NCBI GenBank assembly: GCA_020850535.1
Contig: JADZEM010000116.1
Span: 45,419 to 109,418 of the forward strand
Source of the DNA: Chloroflexota bacterium
Lineage (GTDB): Bacteria; Chloroflexota; UBA6077; JACCZL01
DNA: 64,000 bases
Reading direction: 5' to 3'
Position 1 is the stretch's first letter. Every line of letters begins with the position of its first letter. Shown one piece after another: positions 37,603 through 47,276 of this stretch. The notes under the pieces are model-generated. The model did not search any database. It had not been told where the DNA came from and saw only the letters and a program-made list of their open reading frames with translations. The position numbers were made by a program, and so were the translations under genes.

Positions 37603-39075
37603 CTAGCGCGCCGGTTCGGCCGGAGCGTGGCCCGGCTCGGCGGCGGGTCGATGGGTGGCGCTCGGTCTCGTCGCCGGCTCGGACGAGCGCGCCGCCGGGC
37701 GCAGCCGCGCCAGGGCGAGCGTTCCGAGGCTCACCAGGCCGGACACACTCACCAGTGCGATCAGCGGATCCTGCGGAAAGCGGTAGCGCAGCTCGCCGCC
37801 GACCAGCGTGGCCGAGCCGCCGATCAGCGCCAGCGTGGCCAGCGCCGGCAGCAGCAGCCAGCGCTGCCCCGGCACGGCGGCGGCGACCACCACCCCGACC
37901 AGAAAGAGCAGCGGGACAGCCGCGCCCCAGCGTGACGGGTCGTAGACCGACAGGATCGCCTGGGCACGGTTCGCGTCGAGCTTGTAGATCGGGGCGCGCA
38001 GGGCCGCTCGCGCCCGCCGCTCGAAGTCGGCATCGGCGACAGGCACCCCCTCGCGTCGAATGTTGATCGGCTCGCCCACCATGATCTCGACGAACGCCTC
38101 AACGGAGCTGGTCGCGAAGTAGACCGGCCGGTTGCGGATCGCCTCGATGGCGAAGCTCTGCATCAGCGGGTACGCTTCGGCGTCGGTCAGGCCGAGGTCG
38201 TCGCGGAAGCGCTGGGCCACCGAGCCCGGTCGGCGCTTGGCGGCCTCCTCCTGCACGATGTTGCGCGCGGCGGTCGTCCGCTCGTCCTCGACCACGCCGG
38301 CCGGCCTCTCGAAGGTGAAGCCGCCGGGGTCCATCTTCAGGGTGCGGGCCAGCAAGAACCGCCCGCCCCCGGCGATGACGAACTGGCCCTGCGTCGCCTT
38401 GTTATAGGCCATCCACGGCACGACCGCGACGAGCGCCAGGGCGGCGAACAGGCCAGCGGCGGCGGCCCGCCTGCGCCAGCCGCCGGGCAGCAGGAGCAGC
38501 ATGCCGAGCGCCAGCGGCGCCAGGATCTGGCCGGACGGCCGACAGAGCACCAGCAGGCCGAACAGCAGCCCTGACGCCGCCGCCCAGCGCAGGCTCGCGC
38601 GCTTCACCAGGAGCAGCAAGCTGCACAGCAGCGCCAGCAGCAAGATGCCGAACGGGATCTCCGTCATGACGTAGTGCTCGTAGAGCAGCAACGGGCCGGA
38701 GATCGCCACCAGCGTCGCCGCGAGCAGGCTCGCCAGCCGGCCGGTCGTGAGACGGCCCAGCGCGTAGGTCAACAGCACCAGCAGCGGCCCGAAGATGACG
38801 TGCTGGACCGTCACGATCTTCTGAAGATCCTCGCCCACGAACGAGATCACGCCGGCCAGGAACAGCGGGTAGGTCGGCGTGCGCCGCAGGCCGAGTTCGA
38901 AGCCGTCGCCGTAGACGAGGTTCCTCGCCGGCACGTAGTAGCCGGCGCTGTCGGGGTTCAACATCGGGGGTACGACCCCGTAGAAGGCCAGCCGCGCGCC
39001 GATGCACAGCGCCAGCAGCAGTCCCAGCGCGAGGATGTCCAGGCGAGACCCAGCCGCCAACGCCGCCAGCCTCAC
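37603..39075 (-). CDS. GT39/PMT_2-like polytopic membrane glycosyltransferase; paralog 3 of 4.
   Basis: About 490 aa from GTG 39075, which overlaps the stop of the upstream paralog (GTGA). N-terminal TM region with YGDGFELGLRRTPTYPLFLAG. Confidence 0.65.
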   Translation of the reverse strand: MRLAALAAGSRLDILALGLLLALCIGARLAFYGVVPPMLNPDSAGYYVPARNLVYGDGFELGLRRTPTYPLFLAGVISFVGEDLQKIVTVQHVIFGPLLVLLTYALGRLTTGRLASLLAATLVAISGPLLLYEHYVMTEIPFGILLLALLCSLLLLVKRASLRWAAASGLLFGLLVLCRPSGQILAPLALGMLLLLPGGWRRRAAAAGLFAALALVAVVPWMAYNKATQGQFVIAGGGRFLLARTLKMDPGGFTFERPAGVVEDERTTAARNIVQEEAAKRRPGSVAQRFRDDLGLTDAEAYPLMQSFAIEAIRNRPVYFATSSVEAFVEIMVGEPINIRREGVPVADADFERRARAALRAPIYKLDANRAQAILSVYDPSRWGAAVPLLFLVGVVVAAAVPGQRWLLLPALATLALIGGSATLVGGELRYRFPQDPLIALVSVSGLVSLGTLALARLRPAARSSEPATRPSATHRPAAEPGHAPAEPAR

Positions 39076-40538
39076 GTGCCCGATCCGCTCGCCTGGGCGA
39101 CGGCCGGCGACGTCGGGGTCGTGGGTCGGTGAACACGCGTGGCGAGCGCTCCCACCAGGGACGTCAGCCCGCCGGCCGCCAGCACGTTGATGAGCGGGTC
39201 CAGCGGGAAGCGGTACCGCCATTCGATGCCGATCAGCGCCGCGCCGGCCAGCAGCAGCCCGTAGACCAGGACGCCGACCATCACGGCATCCCATCGACGC
39301 TGGCGGGCGGCCAGCACGATGCCGAGCAGGCTCAGCAGGGCCAGGGCCGGCGCGAAGGGGGCCGGATCGTAGAGTGTGGCCAGCCGCTCGGCGGTGGTGA
39401 AGCTGCGCGCCTCGACGGGGGTCGGCTCTGGCAGGAGATGCTGGACGCGCTCCTCCCAGGCGATGTTCCGCCAGGGGAGCCAGTCCTGCCGCAGGCGGAC
39501 CGGCCGACCCACGAAGGTCTGCACGAACATATCCGCCGTGCCCAGCAGGTAGTAGCCCGGCTGCTTCAGGATCGCTTGCAGCGCGAACGTCCGCATGAAG
39601 CGCTCGGCCTCGATCTCGGTGATGCCAAGCTCGACGCGCAGGCGCTTCGCCAACTCGAACGCCGAGCCGTCCTCAGCCTCGTCACGGTAGATGCTGCGCG
39701 CCCGCGAGGTCAGCCGATCAGGGTCACCGCCGGGCGGCGCTTTGAAGTCGAACTTCTGCTCGTAGCGGATCGTTCGGACGGCCAATCCTTCGCCCGAGCC
39801 GCCGGCGATGGCGAACGTCCCCTGCACGGCCTGGTTGCGGAGCATCCAGGGCAGCGCCACCAGCACGAACACGGCGGCCAGCAGGCCAGCGCCGAGCAGG
39901 GCCGGCCGCCAGCGCGGCAGGAGCAGCGGCAAGGCCGCCAACAGCAACGCCAGAACCACCTGCGCGATGGGGCGCGTCAGCGCGGCCAGCGACAGCAGCA
40001 CGCCCGCGAGCGCCAGCAGCCAGAGCCTCGTCGTCAGGCGTTCGACGCGGAGAGCGCCCAGGTAGGTCAGCAGGCTCCCCGCCAGCAGGAGGCCGAACAG
40101 GGTCTCGCTCATCAGGTAGTGCTCGGTGACGATCAGCGGGCCGCTGAGGGCGGTCAGCAATGCCGCCAGCAGGCCAGCACTGGCGCCGAACAGCAGCCGG
40201 CCGATGCCGAACGTCAGCAGCACCGTGCCGACGCCCATCAGGTGCTGCACGAGCATCAGCACCCGCAGCTCCTCGCCGAACGCGGCGATCACCCCGCCGA
40301 TGAACAGCGAGTAGAGCGGCGGACGCTTGAGGATCGGCGCGAACGTGCCGCCATGCACGAGGTCGAAGCCCGGCAGCAGATAGCTGAGACTGTCGTTGGT
40401 GACAAACGGCGGCGCGCGAAACGAGAACGCCACTCGCAGGCCCAACGCCAGCAGCACGATGGCCGCGAGCAGCAGCCAGACGACCCGTCCCTCAGGCAGG
40501 CCCGCCCAGGGCCGGCCAGAACCGGCCGGCCTGGACAT
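39072..40538 (-). CDS. GT39/PMT_2-like polytopic membrane glycosyltransferase; paralog 4 of 4.
   Basis: About 488 aa from ATG 40538 (MSRPAGSG...). LVHGGTFAPILKRPPLYSLFIGG parallels the paralog downstream. There are many TM helices. Confidence 0.65.
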   Translation of the reverse strand: MSRPAGSGRPWAGLPEGRVVWLLLAAIVLLALGLRVAFSFRAPPFVTNDSLSYLLPGFDLVHGGTFAPILKRPPLYSLFIGGVIAAFGEELRVLMLVQHLMGVGTVLLTFGIGRLLFGASAGLLAALLTALSGPLIVTEHYLMSETLFGLLLAGSLLTYLGALRVERLTTRLWLLALAGVLLSLAALTRPIAQVVLALLLAALPLLLPRWRPALLGAGLLAAVFVLVALPWMLRNQAVQGTFAIAGGSGEGLAVRTIRYEQKFDFKAPPGGDPDRLTSRARSIYRDEAEDGSAFELAKRLRVELGITEIEAERFMRTFALQAILKQPGYYLLGTADMFVQTFVGRPVRLRQDWLPWRNIAWEERVQHLLPEPTPVEARSFTTAERLATLYDPAPFAPALALLSLLGIVLAARQRRWDAVMVGVLVYGLLLAGAALIGIEWRYRFPLDPLINVLAAGGLTSLVGALATRVHRPTTPTSPAVAQASGSGT

Positions 40539-40593
40539 CCCTACGGGTTCGGTCTGCCGCGCAGGCGAGAAGCCGACAGGCACCGGGCGTCGG

Positions 40594-40944
40594 CTACCAG
40601 ATGCCCAGCTCGACCTTCGCTTCCTCACTCGCCATCGTGCGCGGATCCCAGCGCGGCGTCCAGACGAGATTCATGTTCACGTCCTTGATGGCCGGGAACG
40701 TCGTGGTCAAGACAGCGTGCGCCTGGGTCTGGATCATCGGGCCGAGCGGGCAGGCCGGGGTGGTGAGCGTCATATCGACGATCACCTTCTTCTCGTCCTC
40801 AACCGTGTTGACGCCGTACACCAGCCCCAAATCGACGATGCTGATGCCCAGTTCGGGGTCGTACACGGCGCGCAACGCCTGCATGATCTCGTGCTCGGAC
40901 GGCAGCGCGGCAGCCTGCGCGGTGCTCTCTTGCTCAGTAGACAT
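40594..40944 (-). CDS. DUF59 / SufT-like (MIP18 family) Fe-S cluster assembly protein.
   Basis: 116 aa. ALRAVYDPELGISIVDLGLVYGV...VDMTLTTPACPLGPMI has the conserved Cys in the TTPxC motif. Confidence 0.7.
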   Translation of the reverse strand: MSTEQESTAQAAALPSEHEIMQALRAVYDPELGISIVDLGLVYGVNTVEDEKKVIVDMTLTTPACPLGPMIQTQAHAVLTTTFPAIKDVNMNLVWTPRWDPRTMASEEAKVELGIW

Positions 40945-41122
40945 TCAGTTCCTCCACGCACCACTCGGCGGCGGTGGTCTCGCACCGGGATTGTACCAGG
41001 GTCTCGGGAGCCGTCCCCCGATTGCCGGGCGAGCCTGCCTCGCTGATCCGGCCAGCCGCCGCTCGCGCGGCCTACAATCCGTACCGCTCTGTCCGTTCAC
41101 CCTGGCGAAAGGACCGCCCGAC

Positions 41123-42344
41123 GATGCCAGCCGACGCCCCGTTGTCCGCCGCTGACGCCCCCCACGCCCTCGAGGGGCTGCATGTCCTCGACCTGTCGAC
41201 GTTCATCGCCGGTCCGTTCTGCGGCGGCCTCCTGGCCGAGTACGGCGCGGACGTGATCAAGGTCGAGCAGCCGGGCAGCGGCGACTCGCTGCGCGAGCTG
41301 GGCCATAAGGCGAAGGGGCGCGGGCTGTTCTGGGCGCTCGAAGCGCGCGGGCGTCGCTCGATCACGTTGAACCTGCGCGAGCCGCGCGGCCAGGAGCTGG
41401 CCCTCAAGCTGATCGCTCAGAGCGACATCGTGATCGAGAACTTCCGTCCGGGCACCCTCGAACGGTGGAATCTGGGCTTCGAGCGGATGCAGTCGGCCAA
41501 CCCGGGCGTGATCCTGGTGCGGGTCTCCGCCTACGGCCAGACGGGGCCGTATGCCAGCCGTCCGGGCTTCGGACGGATCGCGCAGGCGTTCGGCGGCCTC
41601 ACCTACCTGGCAGGGCATCCGGACCGGCCGCCAGTCAACCCTGGATCGGCCACGCTCGCGGACTACGCGGCGGGTCTGTTCTCCACGACGGCAGCCCTGG
41701 CCGCGCTCGACCACCGACGGCGCACGGGCCAGGGTCAGCAGATCGACGTCTCGCTGTATGAGTCGATCTTCCGCCTGTGCGACGTGCTGGCCTTGGAGTA
41801 CGACGCCCTCGGAACGGTCCGTGAGCGCAAGGGCTCGGACGCCCACGCTGCGCCGCATAACCACTACCCGACCGGCGACGACAAGTGGATCGCCATCGCC
41901 TGCACCAACGACCGGCTGTTCCGCCGCCTGAACGGGGTCATGGGTGAGCACGGCTGGGGCGACGACCCGTCTCTTGCGACGATGGGCCTGCGCGCGGCCC
42001 GCCGTGCGGAGCTTGACGAGCGGGTCTCGGCCTGGACGCGCCGCTACACCCTGGCAGAGCTGCGCGACCTGCTGGACGCCGCTGAGGTGCCGAACGCCCC
42101 GATCTCCAGCATCGCGGACATCGTGGCCGAGCCGCACGTCCAGGCACGCGGCACGCTCACCACGATTGACGATCCCGAGATCGGGCCGGTGCTGATGCCG
42201 GCCCCGGTCCCGCGCCTCTCGTTGACGCCGGCGCGGGTGCCGCGCCCGGCCCCGCTGCTCGGGGAGCACAACGGGGAGGTGTACGGATCGCTCGGCCTGT
42301 CGCCTGACGAGATCGAGTCGCTGCGGCGCGAGGGGATCATCTGA
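41123..42344 (+). CDS. Family III CoA-transferase (CaiB/BaiF/Frc-like).
   Basis: 407 aa. LEGLHVLDLSTFIAGPFCGGLLAEYGADVIKVEQPG is the characteristic N-terminus. Confidence 0.85.
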
Positions 42345-42346
42345 TC

Positions 42347-42595
42347 GTGGACGAGCACGAGCGGATGGTCTTCTTCGAGGTCTGGGACACCGAAGTCCAC
42401 CTGATGATCGACGACTTCGACGCGCTGGAGATGGCGCTCGAAGCGGCGCGCGAGATGGTCGCCATCGACCCGCACAAGTACCCGGCCTACCTGGCCATCG
42501 CCCAGGTCAACGAGGACGAGACGACGACCTGGCTGGCCAAGGGCGACAGCCTGGCGGCGCTCCTCGAAGTCCAGCGTCCCACGTCATCCGAATAG
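42347..42595 (+). CDS. Hypothetical small acidic protein (82 aa).
   Basis: GTG 42347 is 3 nt after the CoA-transferase stop. It has high GC3 and is otherwise intergenic. Confidence 0.4.
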   Translation: MDEHERMVFFEVWDTEVHLMIDDFDALEMALEAAREMVAIDPHKYPAYLAIAQVNEDETTTWLAKGDSLAALLEVQRPTSSE

Positions 42596-42837
42596 GCACG
42601 CATGCGTCTGCCCCACGCCTACAGCGGTTCTCTCGGGCCTCGATCCCGACAGTCGTCGCCCTAACCAGGAGGGGCTGACAGGATCAACGGCAAGGAAACC
42701 CGCTGTAGTGCTGTGCTGTGCTGTGCAACGTGCTGGGGAATGCCCACTGGGGGCAGACAAGTCTCCATGATTCTCGGATACGTCACATGATGCTGCACGA
42801 TAGGACAATCTGGAGTAAAAAATGCAACATACCATAT

Positions 42838-42936
42838 CGTCCTGAGCGCAGCGAAGGATCTCACCCAATAACGGTCACTTGTTGCATCAGCGGGTGAGAT
42901 CCCACTTCGCTCGTTCCTCGCGTCGGTCGGGATGAC
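42838..42936. mobile_element. MITE-like element, copy 2 (left end GTCCTGAGCGCAGCGAAGG, internal hairpin gaaggatctcaccc/gggtgagatcc, right end cgctcgttcctcgcGTcggtcgggatgaca).
   Basis: Seen directly. The right end matches copy 1. It is embedded in a low-GC intergenic region. Confidence 0.5.
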
Positions 42937-43005
42937 AAACCAATCGCGTGCGGCGTCGCCAAGAACGAGCCGAGGCCGGTAGGCTCTGTGATGGCGATGG
43001 CCGAT

Positions 43006-44136
43006 CTAGCGAGCCATGAGGGCCGAGTTGACGGCGTCCAGCGTCGGCGGGATCGGCACGGCGCGCCCGCCGTCCGCCGGCAGCCAGCGCTGATCCTTGA
43101 GGCCGGTGCCGCTCACCAGGGCCACCACCGACTCGCCCGACGCCGCCAGCCGGTCGCGGTCCACGATCACACCGGCCAGCGCCGCCGCCCCGGCCGGCTC
43201 AGCCAGCAGGCCGGCGCCGCGGGCGAGCGTCGCGATGGCCGTCCGCAGGTCGTCGTCGGTGACCGACAGCCACGAGCCGCCCGTCCGCTGCACGGCTTCG
43301 AGCGCTTCCTGCCCGAAGTACGGATCGCCGACGTCGATGCCGTCCGCGAACGTCTGTGTGGCCATCGGCTCCCACCGGGTACGGCCGGCCGCCACCGCGC
43401 GCACGAGCGGCGACGCCCCGCTGACCTGCACCCCGACCACGCGCGGCAGTCGGTCGGCGACTCCGCAACGAATCAGCTCCTCGCAGCCGCGGACGAACGC
43501 CGCCAGCGTGACGCCGTCGCCGACGGGCAGGTAGACCACGTCGGGCATCGCCCGGCCAAGCTGCTCCCAGACCTCGAACGCGACGGTCTTCTTCGCCTGC
43601 ATCGGCAGCGGGCTGGTGGCCGTGTTCCGGTTGTACCAGCCGAATCGCTCGCAGGCAGCGTCACAGAGGCGGTAGGCCGTCTCGTAGGGCGCGTCGACCA
43701 GCAGGACCGTCGCCCCGAACGAGCGCATAAACTGGACCTTGGCCGGCGAGACCGTCCGCGCCGAGACGAAGATGTACGCCTGCAAGCCCATCGCCGCCGC
43801 GCCGGCCGCCAGCGAACAGGCCACGTTGCCGCTCGACGCGCAGGCGATCGCGGTCGCTCCGGTCCGAACGGCGTCGACCGCGCACAACGCCGTCGCCCGG
43901 TCTTTGTTTGAGCCGGTCGGCGTGCGCGTCTCGTCCTTGAGCCAGAGGCGCGGCAGCCCGAGCGCCGCCCGCAGCCCCGCCGACCCGACGAGCGGTGTTC
44001 CGCCGATCTGCAGCGGGTAGACGCCGTGGCCGTCGAGCGGCAGGAGCCCCCGCCAGCGCCACATACCCTCGCCAGCGTCTGGCGCGGCAGGGATCAGATC
44101 AGGACCATACGGATAGGTCCGCGGCACGTGAACCAT
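43006..44136 (-). CDS. Threonine synthase-like PLP-dependent enzyme (tryptophan-synthase-beta fold); second paralog in the window.
   Basis: 376 aa from ATG 44136, with the RBS GAGGGGA. ...LWLKDETRTPTGSNKDRATALCAVDAV...ACASSGNVACSLAAGAAAMGL carries the PLP-lysine motif. Confidence 0.75.
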   Translation of the reverse strand: MVHVPRTYPYGPDLIPAAPDAGEGMWRWRGLLPLDGHGVYPLQIGGTPLVGSAGLRAALGLPRLWLKDETRTPTGSNKDRATALCAVDAVRTGATAIACASSGNVACSLAAGAAAMGLQAYIFVSARTVSPAKVQFMRSFGATVLLVDAPYETAYRLCDAACERFGWYNRNTATSPLPMQAKKTVAFEVWEQLGRAMPDVVYLPVGDGVTLAAFVRGCEELIRCGVADRLPRVVGVQVSGASPLVRAVAAGRTRWEPMATQTFADGIDVGDPYFGQEALEAVQRTGGSWLSVTDDDLRTAIATLARGAGLLAEPAGAAALAGVIVDRDRLAASGESVVALVSGTGLKDQRWLPADGGRAVPIPPTLDAVNSALMAR

Positions 44137-44173
44137 GCGCTCCCCTCGAATCGCCAGGGTCGTCGCGGCGCGG

Positions 44174-44803
44174 CTAGCCTGCCGACGCCTTTGGTGCGCC
44201 GTTTGCGTCGGTCGGCAGCAGGTGTGCGTCGCGGCCCGTCCAGTCGCGCTCGAACTCCAGCAGTGCTGCAAGCTGACGGTCGTTCGGGGCGGCCTGCCAG
44301 CGCATCGAGCGCAGCTTGCGGAGGGCGGCGCTGGCCGTCTCCCCCTGCGCCACCATGATTGCCAGTCCCATCAGTGGCCCGCGCCCAACGCCGTGCTTGC
44401 AGTGGGCGTAGACCTGTCCGCCGCGCTGGATGCGCTCCAGCGCCCACTCAGCGCCCGTCCGCAGCTGATCCTGACTGGCGGCGTAGCGGTCCGTTGCCGG
44501 GAGGTGAAGCAGCTCGATACCGTGTTTCGCCAGCGCCGCCTCGTCGTCTTTGGCTTCCTCGCGCAGGTCGATGACCGCCGTCACGCCCATCGCCTTGAGC
44601 CGCCCGTACGAGCGCACCGGGATCGAGCCGCCGACCACCAGTTGCGGCGTGATCCGCGACAGGTTCAGGCTCTGGCGATTGAGCTTCGTGGTGTACTCAA
44701 GAATCCGCGCGACGCCGCGCAGCCAGAGCTTCCCTGCGAAGTTGTACCAGCGCACAACGCCCCGCTCGTCAGCCGCGGCTCCGTAAAAATCAAACTTCCG
44801 CAT
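44174..44803 (-). CDS. Dual-specificity (Cys-based) protein phosphatase.
   Basis: 209 aa. Active-site CX5R in VYAHCKHGVGRGPLM. Confidence 0.7.
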   Translation of the reverse strand: MRKFDFYGAAADERGVVRWYNFAGKLWLRGVARILEYTTKLNRQSLNLSRITPQLVVGGSIPVRSYGRLKAMGVTAVIDLREEAKDDEAALAKHGIELLHLPATDRYAASQDQLRTGAEWALERIQRGGQVYAHCKHGVGRGPLMGLAIMVAQGETASAALRKLRSMRWQAAPNDRQLAALLEFERDWTGRDAHLLPTDANGAPKASAG

Positions 44804-44990
44804 CAGATCTCAGCCACCATCCCCACCACGTCCATCGTCTGCACGCCGGCTGGCGGCAGCGCTGCCCTGCCCCGCTCCGGACCATAATGATACGGGTCGG
44901 CGTCGCCTGCCTTTCGGTCTGTCGGGTAGAATCCGACGCTTCGGGCCGAGGATCCGCCGTCCGTCGCACCGCCGGAGGAGACCGCACCTC

Positions 44991-45897
44991 GATGCCAACC
45001 GCTGCCCCCACGCCGGCCGAGGCCGCTCCTCTGGCCGCATCACGGCTTGCCGACCGCCATCCGGTCGGCCCTGAGCACGAGGTCGTGACCCGCATTCGAC
45101 CGCCGGCCCCAGGTTTCGGCGTCGATCTGGCCGAGCTGTGGCAGTATCGACACCTGTTCGCAGCGCTCGTCTGGCGCAACGTCCGCATCGAGTTCGACGC
45201 CACCCGGCTCGGCTCGATCTGGGCTGTCGCGCGGCCGGTCCTGTTCACCCTGGTGTTCGTACTGTTCCGAGGCTTCTCGGGCGCCAACACCCGGGTTGAC
45301 CTGCCGTATGCGCTCTACGTCTTCAGTGGGCTGGTGCTCTGGACCTACTTTCTGGACGCCGCGACGTCGTCGGCGGGCGCGATCCGGGTGGACTCGGCCC
45401 TGCTGACGAAGGTCTACTATCCGCGCCTGCTGACGCCGCTGGTGCCAGTCGTCGCGGCGTTGATCTCCATCGGGATTGCCGCCGTGCCGCTCATCGGCAT
45501 GATGGTCTGGTTCGGGGTTCATCCCGGCTGGCAGCTGATCCTGCTGCCGCTGGTGCTGGTGCAGGCGATGGCCCTGTCGCTTGGCGTCGGCACCATCATC
45601 TCGTCGATGTCGATTGAGAATCGGGACTGGGAACGGGCGCTGGCCTTCATCCTGAGCGTGGGCCTGTGGATGTCCCCGGTCATCTACGCGCCGAGCATGA
45701 TCCCCGAGCCGTTCTCGACGCTCTACCACCTGAATCCGATGGTCGGCGTGCTGCTGTCGTTCCGGGCCGCCCTCTTCGACGGCTTCCCACTGCCGGCCTG
45801 GGAGTGGGGCTACTCCTGGCTCTGCACACTGGCGATCCTGGCGGTCGGCATCTGGGCGTTCCGACGCTCCGAAGCCTCGCTGGCGGACCGGCTCTGA
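44991..45897 (+). CDS. ABC-2 type polysaccharide/glycan export permease (Wzm/TagG/KpsM-like).
   Basis: 302 aa from ATG 44991. AELWQYRHLFAALVWRNVRIEFDATRLGSIWAVARP is a typical ABC-2 permease N-terminus. Six TM helices. Confidence 0.8.
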
Positions 45898-47276
45898 TGG
45901 CGCCGCAGACGCGGTCGCTGGCGATCTCGGCACGGGGGATCTCGAAGCAGTACACCCGTGGACAGGCGGGCGGCTGGTCCGTCCACGGCGGCCTGCGCGG
46001 CGCGGTCAAGGCGCTGCTCGGCCGGGCCGCGCCGAAGAAGGCGCGGGAGCCTGACACGTTCTGGGCGCTCGACGACATCACGTTTGACATCGCACGGGGC
46101 GAGCGCGTCGGCATCGTGGGGCGAAACGGCGCGGGCAAATCCACGCTGCTCAAAGTGCTCTCGCGCGTCGTCTTCCCGACCTCCGGCGAGGCCGAGATTC
46201 GTGGCCGCCTGACATCCTTGTTGGAGGTCGGGACCGGCTTCAACGAGAACCTGACCGGCCGCGAGAATGTCTACCTCAACGCTTCGATTCACGGCCTCAC
46301 GCGCGCCGAGATCGATGCCCGCTTCGACGAGATCGTGGACTTCGCCGGGGTGCGGCCCTTCCTGGACACGCCCGTCAAGCGCTATTCGAGCGGCATGCAG
46401 ATGCGGCTGGCGTTCGCGGTGGCCGCCCACCTGGACCCTGATATCCTGTTGCTGGACGAGGTGCTGGCCGTCGGCGACCTCTCGTTCCAGCAGAAGTGCC
46501 TGGAGCGGGTGGAGGGGCTGGTCAACGAGGGCCGCACGCTGGTGTTCGTGTCGCACAGCCTGGACGCGATTACCCGCTTCTGCGACCGCTGCCTGTGGAT
46601 CGACGGCGGCAAGCTGCGGATGGACGGCCGGTCCGAGCAGGTGGTCGAGGTCTACCTGGAAGAGCTGGCCGGCATCCGGTCCAGCCGCGACTGGTCGTCC
46701 GGATTGGGATTGCCGTTGTCGGGCCTCGGACGCGCGCCTGCGGCGACTGACAGCCGCCCTGGCGACGACGACGTGCGGCTCGTCGGGGCGCGGATCATCG
46801 GGACGGACGGCGACGAGCGGTCCAGCGTGCCCGTGGATGAGCCGTTCGGCATTGAAGTCACCTTCGACATCCTGCGCGAGGGCAACAACATCCAGCCTGC
46901 CCTGCACTTCAAGGGGCAGACCGACCAGATCCTGTTCGTCGTGGCCTACACGGACGCCGAGTGGCTGGAGCGCCCGCCGCCAGTCGGACGCCACGTCGCG
47001 ACGGCCTGGGTCCCAGCCCACCTGCTGAATGTCGGCATCATCTACGTTACCGTGGTGCTGCAGACGCCAGACCCGTTCCAGACCCATTGCGCCGTAGAAC
47101 GGGCCGTCTCCCTGAACGTCTTCGAGCGGTTCGGGGCGGAGGGCACGGCGCGTGGCCTCTACGCCCGTGAGTTTCCGGGGGCGGTGCGCCCACGCCTGGC
47201 CTGGGACACCCACCGGAGCGTTCCCATCGAGGATACCGCCGCGTCGGCCCCTGCCGCCGAGCCGGTGACCCCATGA
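45897..47276 (+). CDS. ABC transporter ATP-binding protein (Wzt/TagH/KpsT-like) with C-terminal extension.
   Basis: Walker A GRNGAGKST, signature YSSGMQMRLAFA, Walker B ILLLDEVLAVGD. The C-terminal domain of about 200 aa may bind substrate. Confidence 0.85.
   Translation: MAPQTRSLAISARGISKQYTRGQAGGWSVHGGLRGAVKALLGRAAPKKAREPDTFWALDDITFDIARGERVGIVGRNGAGKSTLLKVLSRVVFPTSGEAEIRGRLTSLLEVGTGFNENLTGRENVYLNASIHGLTRAEIDARFDEIVDFAGVRPFLDTPVKRYSSGMQMRLAFAVAAHLDPDILLLDEVLAVGDLSFQQKCLERVEGLVNEGRTLVFVSHSLDAITRFCDRCLWIDGGKLRMDGRSEQVVEVYLEELAGIRSSRDWSSGLGLPLSGLGRAPAATDSRPGDDDVRLVGARIIGTDGDERSSVPVDEPFGIEVTFDILREGNNIQPALHFKGQTDQILFVVAYTDAEWLERPPPVGRHVATAWVPAHLLNVGIIYVTVVLQTPDPFQTHCAVERAVSLNVFERFGAEGTARGLYAREFPGAVRPRLAWDTHRSVPIEDTAASAPAAEPVTP

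Noticed and set aside
42660-42700. tmRNA-like 5' segment (aGGGGCTGAcaGGATcaACGGcA resembles GGGGCUGAUUCUGGAUUCGACGGGA).
   Set aside because: No tRNA-like 3' domain (T-arm/CCA) is found within 450 nt downstream on either strand. It is reported only as part of the candidate structured region.
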